Source: a virus (Duplodnaviria > Caudoviricetes). From it: a stretch of DNA of 56,411 bases. Shown here piece by piece: positions 31,478 to 41,365 of this stretch. Numbering within the stretch: position 1 is the stretch's first letter; each line of letters begins with the position of its first letter. The stretch is from IMG/VR virus record IMGVR_UViG_3300003873_000009, positions 1-56,411 of that record; one strand, given 5' to 3'. The notes beneath the pieces are model-generated. The model saw only the letters and a list, made by a program, of their open reading frames with translations, was not told where the DNA came from and ran no database searches. The position numbers and the translations under genes were made by a program.

Positions 31478-31870
31478 GTGCCAAGAACAACACTACAACA
31501 GTTTACTGACTACTACGAGATAAAGAATGGTTATATAGGATCCGAAGATTCTCTTAATAAGGCTGTTCATCAAGCTAAATTAGAACTTGATGAACTATGG
31601 AATTGGGCTGCCGGAGGAGTTGATACAATAGACCTACCGGACGGTGGAATCAACTCATATATTATTAATGATAATAAATACAATGATATAGTAGGTGATC
31701 CTGCTAAACTTACTAGATCTGCACAATGGTGTCAAGTAAATTTATTTGATACTACAGCGACTCAAGGTAAAACAGATGCTGAAAGAGGTTGGAGTTCAGC
31801 TACTACATGGAAGGTGATTACAGGAGTATCTGACATGGGTGATACTATATATAATGGTGGTACCTGGTAG
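31478..31870 (+). CDS. Hypothetical virion protein
   Basis: GTG start with AAGGAG RBS; ends in GGTW like fibre-associated proteins. Confidence 0.6.
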   Translation: MPRTTLQQFTDYYEIKNGYIGSEDSLNKAVHQAKLELDELWNWAAGGVDTIDLPDGGINSYIINDNKYNDIVGDPAKLTRSAQWCQVNLFDTTATQGKTDAERGWSSATTWKVITGVSDMGDTIYNGGTW

Positions 31871-31953
31871 AATTAAGAGGCATATTAACCTTATTTTAAG
31901 CATAGTTTAAGTATAAATTACTATTATATATTATATAACAAATAAGGAAGATT

Positions 31954-32898
31954 ATGTTAACCTCAGACTCTGTAAAAGAGCTAGAAAGAGAACTAGAAAA
32001 AAATCTCAATAAGTATTTACCTGAACCTATAATTAATTCAGAATTAATACTTTTTAATAACTCAAAACTTTTAAAAAACTCTATTTCTAATAATATTAAT
32101 AAACTAACTAAAAATATTACTCCCTACGGAGTAATAAATCCTAATCCAGGTGAAAAAACTATACCTACTTCAAGACTTTCAAAACTTCATAATAAATTAG
32201 TATTTCTTACAGAAATTCCTAAATATAACTCTCAATATATGGATGAAATTAATATTCTGAGAGATAAATATATAGATTTAGAAAAATCTATGGAGAAGGG
32301 TCTTCAGAGAGCTAAAAGAGATGTAAGAAATAGACTAAAGGATCTTAGTTCTAAAACATATATAGATAGAGATCCTAACTATTTTGGAGAGATGATACTA
32401 ATTATTATTAATAATATACTAACACGTCCTAACTTTTCTGGATACTCATATAAAAGTGAAATGAAATCTCTTGCAATTGAACATATCTTAAAATACACCT
32501 GGCGTTTCTCTCCATATAAACAGTCTAAAATATCTGGTCAATATGTATCGGCATTTACATATATTAGTACTATATGTTTTAATGCATTCGTTGCTACTAT
32601 CAATAGTCAAAATAAAGAGATTAAAAAATCTAAAGAAGATTTTATAGAAACTCAAAAAGCAAAATATTCTAGCATTAAGAGTTCTAAAATTACTCCAGAA
32701 TGCTCCTCTATCAGCAAAACAGTAAAAATAGTTAATATAGGAAATAAATTAATAGATGAAATTAAAAAAATCTCACTAGACTCAAGAGATATTTTAGTTC
32801 ATTATCCTAAAGAATATAAAATAGATATGGATGAATATTCAGAGATATCGAATTTTTCCGAATCAAATAATATTAATTTAAGTATAGTGAGATTTTAA
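31954..32898 (+). CDS. gp55: Late transcription sigma factor
   Basis: G.MI..I.......PNFSGYSYK.EM and AFTYISTICFNAF. Confidence 0.88.
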   Translation: MLTSDSVKELERELEKNLNKYLPEPIINSELILFNNSKLLKNSISNNINKLTKNITPYGVINPNPGEKTIPTSRLSKLHNKLVFLTEIPKYNSQYMDEINILRDKYIDLEKSMEKGLQRAKRDVRNRLKDLSSKTYIDRDPNYFGEMILIIINNILTRPNFSGYSYKSEMKSLAIEHILKYTWRFSPYKQSKISGQYVSAFTYISTICFNAFVATINSQNKEIKKSKEDFIETQKAKYSSIKSSKITPECSSISKTVKIVNIGNKLIDEIKKISLDSRDILVHYPKEYKIDMDEYSEISNFSESNNINLSIVRF

Positions 32899-33428
32899 TG
32901 AGTAATTTAATAGAGATGTCCTATAGTGATATCAAAAAACTTAAAGAAAAATTATGGCTTGAGAATAATGGGAAATGTCCATTATTAGGGATAGAAGTCC
33001 CTTTAGATAAAATAGTTTTAGATCATATTCATAAACTAAAATCGGAAGATCCTTCAGAGCAAAAGGGGACTATAAGAAATGCAATAGAGTTCAGAATAAA
33101 TTCAATTGAAGGAAAGATTTCTAATAACTGGAAGAGATATTTCGGAGCAGATACTAGCAATCATCCTATAGATCTTCCTACATTCTTAAGAAATTTAGCA
33201 GATTATTTAGAAAGGGGTGCATATTCAGATAGAGATGGTAATTATTATGTTCATCCAACAGAGGTTAAAAAAGAACCTAAATTATCTAAAAGGATATTTA
33301 ATAAAATAGCAAAATTATATAGAGAAGAATATCCAAAGAGAAAACCACTTGAATATCCTAAAAGCGGAAAAGCTACTAAAAAAATTAAAGAATTATCAGA
33401 AAAATATAATATAAGTTTGGAGAAATAA
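32898..33428 (+). CDS. gp49: Recombination endonuclease VII
   Basis: GKCPL...VLDH.H...G.IR......N..EG...FL.NLADYL. Confidence 0.85.
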   Translation: MSNLIEMSYSDIKKLKEKLWLENNGKCPLLGIEVPLDKIVLDHIHKLKSEDPSEQKGTIRNAIEFRINSIEGKISNNWKRYFGADTSNHPIDLPTFLRNLADYLERGAYSDRDGNYYVHPTEVKKEPKLSKRIFNKIAKLYREEYPKRKPLEYPKSGKATKKIKELSEKYNISLEK

Positions 33429-33429
33429 T

Positions 33430-33675
33430 ATGTTAGATAATAATTTTTTAGAACTATTTAATAAAATTAGTTCTATGTCTGGAGAGAGTTTAGTTGAAAA
33501 AATTCTTGATTACTGTGAAACATATAATAAAGATCCTCAGGAAATTGGGGATTTTTTAGAAGGAAATAAAGAATTTAAGAAAATTTTATATGATGATTGT
33601 ATAACTAATAATATAATTAAAAATCCTGAATATAAACAATTTATTGAGAGAACAGAGGAGATTGAGGAGTGGTAA
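33430..33675 (+). CDS. gp33: Late promoter co-activator
   Basis: ILDYCE....D..EI...L....K.IL, 81 aa, downstream of gp55. Confidence 0.6.
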   Translation: MLDNNFLELFNKISSMSGESLVEKILDYCETYNKDPQEIGDFLEGNKEFKKILYDDCITNNIIKNPEYKQFIERTEEIEEW

Positions 33676-34149
33676 CTACTCTTTCTCCATAAAATCAAAT
33701 TCTAAAGATACTAATACGGATATATTACTATCTTCACTATCTCTTATATCCATCTCTACATCACCTATAGACTGTACTCTACAATTTCTAAACCAGAATT
33801 TTTTAATTGATTTTTTATCTATATTATCATAAATTTCCACCCATACATCAAATACCTTATTATTAGAAAAATTTCCTGTATTAATATTAATAGATTCTAG
33901 AAAGTTTTCAAATAGTTCGTCATATACTTTCCACTCTCTATCTATGATAATATCTAAGTTAAGTACTGAAAACTCTACAGAGTCTGCAGCTAGTCTACCT
34001 CTGGCACCTCCTCTAGCCCCCATTTGAGGATTGCTAAATGATAGACCAGGGATATTAAAAGACTGTGCCAGATAGAATACATTTTTTAGAGAATCAGATC
34101 CCCATCTAAGATCAGTACTAGTAGATAAAGAGTTATTAAAATTGCTCAA
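33676..34149 (-). CDS. gp3: Tail completion / sheath stabiliser
   Basis: QSFNIPG, EF..L.....ID..W..Y motifs; late promoter at 34169-34176. Confidence 0.75.
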   Translation of the reverse strand: MSNFNNSLSTSTDLRWGSDSLKNVFYLAQSFNIPGLSFSNPQMGARGGARGRLAADSVEFSVLNLDIIIDREWKVYDELFENFLESININTGNFSNNKVFDVWVEIYDNIDKKSIKKFWFRNCRVQSIGDVEMDIRDSEDSNISVLVSLEFDFMEKE

Positions 34150-34226
34150 GATATTACCTTTTTTTCTTTATTTATATGTTTTTAAGCTAGATTATTATAT
34201 AATATATTAATAAAAAAAGGAATATT

Positions 34227-34469
34227 ATGAATTATATATATGAACTATCTAACGAAGAAACAGATAATATTGAAAAAATCTCAGAAAACTATGATGAGAT
34301 AAAAGAATTTATTTTAGAGAATGATATTCTAGGGAATATAAAATTATATGAAAAAGATAGTTATAATAAATATTATTCATCTGTAGATGATTATGCAGAT
34401 TTACCAGAAATTCAAGATTCTTGGCGAGCCTGGAAACATCCGGAATGTAATGTTATAATGGAGGGTTAA
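34227..34469 (+). CDS. Hypothetical acidic protein
   Basis: TTTAAG-N11-TATAAT promoter at 34181; AAGGA RBS. Confidence 0.65.
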   Translation: MNYIYELSNEETDNIEKISENYDEIKEFILENDILGNIKLYEKDSYNKYYSSVDDYADLPEIQDSWRAWKHPECNVIMEG

Positions 34470-34470
34470 A

Positions 34471-34692
34471 ATGAAAAAAATATTAGAATTTAATTATCCT
34501 GAAGATGAAGAACTATTTAAACTTTATCTAAACGGACCTGAAACTACTTGGCTCCTAGATAATCTTCTAGCTAAATTAAAATATGATCAGAATCATAGAG
34601 ATGATATAGTAGAAATAGATGCATCTTCATATATAGACGAATTTAGAGACTGGTTTATAAATGAGATAGAAGAAAGAAAAATTTTTCTTTAA
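34471..34692 (+). CDS. Hypothetical protein
   Basis: Coupled to the upstream ORF; GGAGG RBS. Confidence 0.65.
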   Translation: MKKILEFNYPEDEELFKLYLNGPETTWLLDNLLAKLKYDQNHRDDIVEIDASSYIDEFRDWFINEIEERKIFL

Positions 34693-36623
34693 TAGAATTT
34701 ATTTAAAGTATTAATACTTTCAAACCTATCCTCATCATTAACGGAATTTCGTATAGATTCTAGAATATGTTCTCTACTATACTCATCTTCCGAACCATCA
34801 TCAACTCCTCCGATTCCTTCTAACATCGAATAAAAATCTTCAAGCTCTATAGAATCATCATCTTCATTTAGATCTAAACGTAGTGATTCTAAAAATAAAT
34901 TTAAATCGTCATATGCTTTTAGGTGTAGAAATGGTGCGAAAGATATAGCTAAAGCCATTACCATATCATCATGATATCCGTCATCAGCTTCAAATTTTTT
35001 ACCTGACTTCTTTATAAAATTATAAAATTCTTTAATAGTATCTTCATCATTAATGATCAACTTATTTTCTTCTATAAAAATTCTCATCATATTAATAATA
35101 CTAGGTCTTGATTTAGTAGTTGTTCTAAATCCGGCAAATTTCTTATATGATTTATCTTGGGTATCTCTATCTCTATATAAATTCTCATACTCATATTGAA
35201 AGTGTAACATATCTGCAATAGATTGACCTGCACCTTCATTATTTTCAATAATCATAAAAGCACCATTATAGTAATTTCCTAATTCATTAAGACTTTCGGG
35301 CATCATTAGATAATCAACATCTAATTTAGCGCTAGCTACCTGAATAAATGGAAATTTTGTAATATTAATAACCTGAATAGCAAATGAATCTATACCATCT
35401 TTTGAAGGATCTACAGCTATCACATAGTGATTATTCTCTTTTGGCTCTTCATATATTTTAATACCATTTATTATCGTATTTTCTTTAATAGGTTTTTTAG
35501 CTTGTAGTCTCTTTAAAGTATCACCGCTTAATAATGTATCTGCAGATCCTAGGAATTCATTTTCTTCGGTTTGAGCAAAGAATTTCTCTCCGAATCTTTT
35601 AATAGTCTGAGTTTTATATATCTCTGGTTTTAGGAGTTCACCCTTTTTATTATAATGTGGAACCTCCTCCCAACTATTTTCTAAAAGAGTATATCCATTT
35701 ATTCCAGATCTAGCACCATCTACGATCTGTTTCCAGTGATTCATACCGTTAGCAGTACTAGTTAAAATAGTTTGCTTAAATTGAAGGGAGTTTTGAGTAG
35801 GAAAAATAGAATCAGTAAATTCATCCCACACAGTACTAGGAATATATGCAATCTCATCTCCAAATACCACATTTACTGTAAAACCACGAAATGAATCTGA
35901 ACTCGGAACATCTGTTAATATTCTATTTTCATTTTCTGATTCTATTTGAGTTTTATTCCAGACCTCCATATTAGTCATCATCCAAATAGGTACTTCGAGC
36001 AACATTTTTTTAATCTTATCTAAAACTTCTTTAGAACCTGAAGCCTTATTAGCTACAATACCAATTGTTGTAGGATTTTTTCTAAAATTAAATAACCATA
36101 GGAGGTATGTTCCTACAGAAGTTGTCTTCCCACTCTGTCTCGAGAATAAAACAGCTATATCGCTTTGATTTTTTAACTCTTCTTCTAATTCTTGCTGATA
36201 ACTTCTAGATTCTGGACGACCACGACCATTCTTTGTCATAATAAAACAATAGTTTCGTCTAAAATAAAGAAAGTCCTCTTCACATTTTTTTATTTCTATT
36301 TCATGTAGCTTACTAAGTCCTAGTTCAGTACCAGATCTTTTAAGACTTCTATTTCCATTATATGAAACACCTCTACCATATCTATCTATATAATACCCCG
36401 TTTCGTTTTTTGGAATTTCTAGTAGATTTAGAAGTCCATCATGTTCTTCATGAGTAAGGTCGAAAGTGTTTTCTAAAAATATACAAAATCTATCATCTTC
36501 AGATAAAGCTTCTTGAAGTTCTATTAGAGCTTCTCTATCTTTTATTTTATTTAGCTTTATTAAAAGATTTTTAAACTTTTTAATCTCAGAATCTGTGGGT
36601 AGAAGTGTAGTATTCGAGTTCAT
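34689..36623 (-). CDS. gp17: Terminase large subunit
   Basis: Walker A SRQSGKTT, Walker B VVFGDE, TSTANG motif C, RNase H AVDPS...D and HDDMVMA. Confidence 0.96.
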   Translation of the reverse strand: MNSNTTLLPTDSEIKKFKNLLIKLNKIKDREALIELQEALSEDDRFCIFLENTFDLTHEEHDGLLNLLEIPKNETGYYIDRYGRGVSYNGNRSLKRSGTELGLSKLHEIEIKKCEEDFLYFRRNYCFIMTKNGRGRPESRSYQQELEEELKNQSDIAVLFSRQSGKTTSVGTYLLWLFNFRKNPTTIGIVANKASGSKEVLDKIKKMLLEVPIWMMTNMEVWNKTQIESENENRILTDVPSSDSFRGFTVNVVFGDEIAYIPSTVWDEFTDSIFPTQNSLQFKQTILTSTANGMNHWKQIVDGARSGINGYTLLENSWEEVPHYNKKGELLKPEIYKTQTIKRFGEKFFAQTEENEFLGSADTLLSGDTLKRLQAKKPIKENTIINGIKIYEEPKENNHYVIAVDPSKDGIDSFAIQVINITKFPFIQVASAKLDVDYLMMPESLNELGNYYNGAFMIIENNEGAGQSIADMLHFQYEYENLYRDRDTQDKSYKKFAGFRTTTKSRPSIINMMRIFIEENKLIINDEDTIKEFYNFIKKSGKKFEADDGYHDDMVMALAISFAPFLHLKAYDDLNLFLESLRLDLNEDDDSIELEDFYSMLEGIGGVDDGSEDEYSREHILESIRNSVNDEDRFESINTLNKFY

Positions 36624-36640
36624 ATTTCCTCCTCGATTTA

Positions 36641-37432
36641 TTAATATGTATTTATAGTCACATTTCTAAAATCATCTTTAGTTATATGACCTAAGTACCT
36701 ATATCCTGATTTTTCTATATAATATTGAGCCATTGATTTATCATACTGAAACTTGTTAGCCTCTATAGAATATACTCCAAGGACTTTAAATTTATTCATT
36801 ACGATTTCATTGTGAGTATAATCAGTTTTATTATTTTCTAGAAATTCTTTTATAATATCCATATATGTTTTATTTTGTAAAAGTGTTTCTACATGCTTTA
36901 TATAAAAATCTTTAATATCTTTTTTCTCTTTAGCTTTTAGTTTAGACCAGAAATCACATATGAATTTTTCATCTATATCTTCTTGTGTCATTTCTAAATC
37001 GTATTTATCACTCATATATTTAGCTAGCTTGCCTGTAAATGCATCCCATATAAAATCGTATTTTTTTCTATTATCTTGTATTGTTCTTAGATTAATCCAT
37101 CTCATTCCTGACTTATCTAAGTGAGTGAACGCATCTCTATCAGAGCTTAAGACTACATTACCCTCTAACTTTACCAGAACATCAGGTTTTACATTAACAT
37201 TTCTAATTACAGAACCCATTCCTTTAGTAAAAGTACTAATAGATTTATTACCCTTAATCTTCTTTAAATTAGGAAGAAAATCTAAAGAGGTAAGATGAAA
37301 GGCTTCCTGATTTTTACCTCCACCTAATAATTTTGAAATAGTTGGAGTTAGAGGTAGAAATGCATACTCTAGAAGATTACAATCTTCTCTATAATATGAT
37401 GCTCTTTCTGTAAAAAGTTGTTTAAATGTCAT
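36641..37432 (-). CDS. Probable internal head protein, possible ADP-ribosyltransferase fold; start revised to 37432
   Basis: MTFKQLFTE start with AGGA RBS; FHLTS...SISTFT...HNEIV triad. Confidence 0.45.
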   Translation of the reverse strand: MTFKQLFTERASYYREDCNLLEYAFLPLTPTISKLLGGGKNQEAFHLTSLDFLPNLKKIKGNKSISTFTKGMGSVIRNVNVKPDVLVKLEGNVVLSSDRDAFTHLDKSGMRWINLRTIQDNRKKYDFIWDAFTGKLAKYMSDKYDLEMTQEDIDEKFICDFWSKLKAKEKKDIKDFYIKHVETLLQNKTYMDIIKEFLENNKTDYTHNEIVMNKFKVLGVYSIEANKFQYDKSMAQYYIEKSGYRYLGHITKDDFRNVTINTY

Positions 37433-37440
37433 TAAGATTC

Positions 37441-37671
37441 CTATATCCACTCGTATTCATAAACAGGTGAACTATAATCAGTAGTATTTACATATACTCT
37501 CATTTTACCGTGTTTAGATTTTCTATCATATGTAAATTCAGGTTTAAAATCATCGGTTAAATGTACAGGAAGTTTCTTAAGACCGTATTTCTTTTTAATT
37601 TCTTTCATAAGATCTATTTCTAGAGTCATATCATCGGAATTATATCCTTCTGTAAATAATTTTTTAAACAT
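37441..37671 (-). CDS. Small MFKKLFTE-tagged protein
   Basis: Shared N-terminal octapeptide. Confidence 0.7.
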   Translation of the reverse strand: MFKKLFTEGYNSDDMTLEIDLMKEIKKKYGLKKLPVHLTDDFKPEFTYDRKSKHGKMRVYVNTTDYSSPVYEYEWI

Positions 37672-37680
37672 CTTTTTTCC

Positions 37681-37947
37681 TTAGTAATTAATTGATTTTA
37701 ACCAGTTAAATATCTCTAATTCTGGATCAAATTTTTTAGAGAATTTATTTTTTGAAACCACTATCTCATCAGACATTTTAGATTTACTATATGTTCTAGA
37801 TTCAGCATCAACAGTAAGTTCACTAGCAGGAACTTTAAAATATGCTCTATTTCCTCGCACCTCATAAATGATAGTAATTTCTTTATTATCACTTCTAAGA
37901 TATTTCATAGAGTATTTCTTAGATTCAGTAAATAATTTTTTAAACAC
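37681..37947 (-). CDS. Small MFKKLFTE-tagged protein (GTG start)
   Basis: Shared N-terminal octapeptide; GGAGG RBS. Confidence 0.7.
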   Translation of the reverse strand: MFKKLFTESKKYSMKYLRSDNKEITIIYEVRGNRAYFKVPASELTVDAESRTYSKSKMSDEIVVSKNKFSKKFDPELEIFNWLKSINY

Positions 37948-38234
37948 TAGAAACCTCCTTTAATTATATCTGCAGATGTGATATCATCATAAGAGATAGT
38001 AATTTTTTCATCAGGATTAAATCTACTCTTAACGACAACACCTTTAGAATCAAATCCTAGAACCTTTCCACCGGAGATACCAGATCTTGATTTCTTATCA
38101 TTATATTGGATATATACTACACTACCGTTTTTTTTACGCTTATCTAATTCTTTAATAGACTTCTCATCATAAGATTTAGTAAGATAGGTGTTTTTTATTA
38201 ATTCTCTGTTTTCTGTGAATAATTTTTTAAACAT
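37947..38234 (-). CDS. Small MFKKLFTE-tagged protein
   Basis: Shared N-terminal octapeptide. Confidence 0.7.
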   Translation of the reverse strand: MFKKLFTENRELIKNTYLTKSYDEKSIKELDKRKKNGSVVYIQYNDKKSRSGISGGKVLGFDSKGVVVKSRFNPDEKITISYDDITSADIIKGGF

Positions 38235-38242
38235 GTTTTTCC

Positions 38243-38614
38243 TTATTTAATTTTATTTTCTAACCACTTAATTAGACCTAGGATGCTTTTTTCCTCCGAA
38301 CTAGGTACTTTTCCTACTAGAGATTTAAGTCTTCGAATCTCGTCTAAAACACCTTTATTGTTTCTGAGCCAATCTAATGTTTGCTGATTTCCTTCAGAAA
38401 AAATCTCTAAAAAACTCTCTTGTCCTTCTTGTCCTTCTTGTACTTCAAAATTTTCGTTATATGATTTTCCTGTCTTTTTATTTTTCCAGCCTCCACCTTT
38501 TTTTCTTACCCATCCAGTACTTGATGTACATATAGCATAGGCTTCATCTCTACTTTTACCTTTATCTATAAGATCCTGGACACATTTTTCTAATTGTTTT
38601 GGCATTTCTATCAC
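38243..38614 (-). CDS. Hypothetical late protein
   Basis: MPKQLEKCV...AYAICT motif; directly downstream of a late promoter. Confidence 0.65.
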   Translation of the reverse strand: MIEMPKQLEKCVQDLIDKGKSRDEAYAICTSSTGWVRKKGGGWKNKKTGKSYNENFEVQEGQEGQESFLEIFSEGNQQTLDWLRNNKGVLDEIRRLKSLVGKVPSSEEKSILGLIKWLENKIK

Positions 38615-38630
38615 CTTAGATTTTATTATA

Positions 38631-38644
38631 TTATTTATAAATAA
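38631..38644. promoter_or_regulatory. Palindromic bidirectional late promoter
   Basis: TTATTTATAAATAA between divergent genes. Confidence 0.75.
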
Positions 38645-38667
38645 ATTAATTAAAAATAGGAATCAGT

Positions 38668-39864
38668 ATGGAATTTAGAGAGTACTTAAAAGTCATGAGA
38701 ATAAATGAGGGAGGAAATACTACAGTTCAAGATAGACAGGGTAATGAAATTACAGCTCAATCTATACCTCTTAAAGATATTGGTAGAGGTACCTTTATCA
38801 GTAAATTTAACGAATTACTTCTTAAAATTAATCAACTATTTAAAAAGGATCATGGACATCCTTTATGGATATCTGATAGTCTAGTTAAAGATGCTATTAT
38901 ATACAATGGAAGCACTTCGTTTATTATGAATACTAAATATGATGATGTTAGTATTGTATCTGCTAAACCTCATGCAGGTGACTTAGATGTAGTTATTAAG
39001 AGAGAAGATGGACCTCTTCTTTATGATACTCTTGAAAAATATGAACATAAAGAAATTGTAAAAGATGCTGTTTATATGGGGACTAATGCTAGAAGTAAAT
39101 CTAAAATAGGAAATACTTTAATTACTGTATTTCTCCTTAAATTTAAAACATCTAAAGGTACTATCCAGGTTCCAGCTCAGGTAGATTTTGAACTTTCTGA
39201 ATTTAAAGAAGATAAACCTACAGATTGGGCTAGATTCTCTCACAGTTCTAGTTTTGAAGATGCACAAGCTGGTTTTAAAGGTGTAGCACATAAGTTTATT
39301 CTAAGAGCTCTAATAGGTGCTAAATCTCAAAGGAATGATATAGTCGTAGCAACTCCAGCTAGCACACCTGATAAAATTAGATTAGAAAAAAATCAAAAAG
39401 ATCTAGTACGACTTTTAGCTTTCGGTGTTGATTCTGGTGTAGGTGAATCTTTTGAGCAAATGATAGATAAAGATGGTAATCCTATTAAAATAGATGGAAA
39501 GTTTGTATATAGAAGAAAGAAAAGCGCTGAAAAAAGTTATAATAAATCTCTAGATAATTTATTTAAAATAGCATTCGGGAAGTACAATAAAAGAGAGGCT
39601 GAAAAACTTTGGTCTTTTGTAGGTGTTATTAATCTAGGTAAAAAATATCTCTCAAAGAAAGAAAAAGAAGATACTGCTAATAGATTTTTTGAGATATTTT
39701 TTGGTATTGGAGGACAAAGTCAATTTATTGATCCAGATCCTCAAAAAGATGTAGCAATTAAATTGTCTGCATATAATAAAATTATAGAAGAGTGGAAATT
39801 AAAACCTAGAAAAAATATGCAAAAAGATATAGATGCATATGTAAAGAGAACTTTCAAAAAGTAA
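38668..39864 (+). CDS. Pol-beta-superfamily nucleotidyltransferase-like protein
   Basis: NGST...GDLDVV...QVDF catalytic pattern. Confidence 0.6.
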   Translation: MEFREYLKVMRINEGGNTTVQDRQGNEITAQSIPLKDIGRGTFISKFNELLLKINQLFKKDHGHPLWISDSLVKDAIIYNGSTSFIMNTKYDDVSIVSAKPHAGDLDVVIKREDGPLLYDTLEKYEHKEIVKDAVYMGTNARSKSKIGNTLITVFLLKFKTSKGTIQVPAQVDFELSEFKEDKPTDWARFSHSSSFEDAQAGFKGVAHKFILRALIGAKSQRNDIVVATPASTPDKIRLEKNQKDLVRLLAFGVDSGVGESFEQMIDKDGNPIKIDGKFVYRRKKSAEKSYNKSLDNLFKIAFGKYNKREAEKLWSFVGVINLGKKYLSKKEKEDTANRFFEIFFGIGGQSQFIDPDPQKDVAIKLSAYNKIIEEWKLKPRKNMQKDIDAYVKRTFKK

Positions 39865-39924
39865 TTTGGTTTTAAGCTTTATTATAATATAATATAGTAT
39901 ATAAAGAGAAAGAAGGATAGAAAG

Positions 39925-40110
39925 ATGATTAATATAGAAAAAACAACAGAAGCTATTAATAGAGCATTAGATTTTAAAAGAGATTCTGATATCGGATATA
40001 TGTTAAATGATTGTGATCTTATTATGGCTGTTCAATTAGCTGATTATAATGAGAATGTTAGTTTTGAAGATGCAGAAAAATTTGTAGAATTAGTTAAAAG
40101 AAGAAGATGA
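39925..40110 (+). CDS. Small hypothetical early protein
   Basis: Preceded by the repeated promoter/RBS cassette at 39871-39924. Confidence 0.7.
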   Translation: MINIEKTTEAINRALDFKRDSDIGYMLNDCDLIMAVQLADYNENVSFEDAEKFVELVKRRR

Positions 40111-40138
40111 ATTTGAACTTGTAAAATAGTTCAAATTC
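40109..40138. terminator. Hairpin between convergent genes
   Basis: GAATTTGAACT...AGTTCAAATTC, 11-bp stem. Confidence 0.65.
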
Positions 40139-41364
40139 TAATGAACCTTAAGATATATACTACTATCTTTAGATTGTTTCATAGCTAGATAATACATATC
40201 TTCTAAAAAGTTTTTATCTTTCTTGATAATATCTTTTAAGGCTTTTACATGAAGTTCTAAGATATCAGGTTTAGATAGACTCGGATCTTTCTCCCAGCTT
40301 AATATATCATATCCATATTTTAGGAATTCTGTAATAAGTGATGCTCTAGAAATAGCTCCTAGCTGTACTTTACTACCTTGCATTCTTCCTTCATAATATA
40401 TATTCTTAGAGCCACTTTTAGCAGTTTTCCCTACGCGAATTCTAAATCCTTCATTAGTATCAACAAAGAAATTCTCCTGTCCATACTTATAATCTATAGA
40501 TTTAAGGGTAAAATTCATAACCTTTCTATTTGAAGGATCTACTATATCTGCATGATATTTTTGATTAATTTTTTTAAGAGAAACTCCTACTAACTTGCTA
40601 GACTCGAAAAGTTTTTTCATAGTATCATTAAATTGAGCTACAGTTTTAGCAGTTCTTAATTCAGTTAAAATTTTATTTCCTGAGTCATTTAAAATCCAAA
40701 AATCTGCAGGATTCCAATTATCTTTTAGATCTCTATATCCTAGATTTTTTAATATCTTAAATAACTCTTTAGCAAATTTAGAAGTAGCATCATGTTCTAT
40801 AACTGTGTTATTAATAGTTATCTTCTTTCCATTAATCCTATAATCTCTTAATTTTTTAGATTCCTCTAGGTGATTACTCCATGAAGTATCAAACTTAAAT
40901 CCTATATAGTTATTAATTTCTTCTATATTTGCTTTAGGGTGTAGAATAGCATATATTGTAGCTAGCTCTTGTTGATCATTAGTTGGAGATTTAGTAGTAT
41001 CTCCATCATATTTTAATACCCCAGAGCCTCTATTTCCTCCTGTAATCTGAAATCTTACAGTAGTTCCATCATATTTAAAATCTACTTTATTACCTCTATT
41101 TTTTAATTTAGAAATATCCTTAAGTATCCCAGCAGCGTTTTTCAAATTAGCATTTATAGAAACCTTAATGAGAAATAGTTTATTTGGATTATTAAAATTA
41201 TAACTTCCAGTAAAGTAAAAATATGTATTTAGATCTTCAGTACTAAAACTTCTTTTTAAGTCACTCCAAAGATCTTTAAAATGATTCTTCTTATCTTTTT
41301 TAATTATTTTATTATATGGAAGCCAACCCACAGGATCTCCTTCTACAAATAGATTATAAAACAT
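40138..41364 (-). CDS. PD-(D/E)xK-like nuclease-fold protein
   Basis: QQE...DNWNPADFW...GVSLKK. Confidence 0.5.
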   Translation of the reverse strand: MFYNLFVEGDPVGWLPYNKIIKKDKKNHFKDLWSDLKRSFSTEDLNTYFYFTGSYNFNNPNKLFLIKVSINANLKNAAGILKDISKLKNRGNKVDFKYDGTTVRFQITGGNRGSGVLKYDGDTTKSPTNDQQELATIYAILHPKANIEEINNYIGFKFDTSWSNHLEESKKLRDYRINGKKITINNTVIEHDATSKFAKELFKILKNLGYRDLKDNWNPADFWILNDSGNKILTELRTAKTVAQFNDTMKKLFESSKLVGVSLKKINQKYHADIVDPSNRKVMNFTLKSIDYKYGQENFFVDTNEGFRIRVGKTAKSGSKNIYYEGRMQGSKVQLGAISRASLITEFLKYGYDILSWEKDPSLSKPDILELHVKALKDIIKKDKNFLEDMYYLAMKQSKDSSIYLKVH

Positions 41365-41365
41365 T

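Noticed and set aside
34689-36623. Intein or intron in terminase
   Set aside because: Continuous ORF of ordinary length with all motifs in order.
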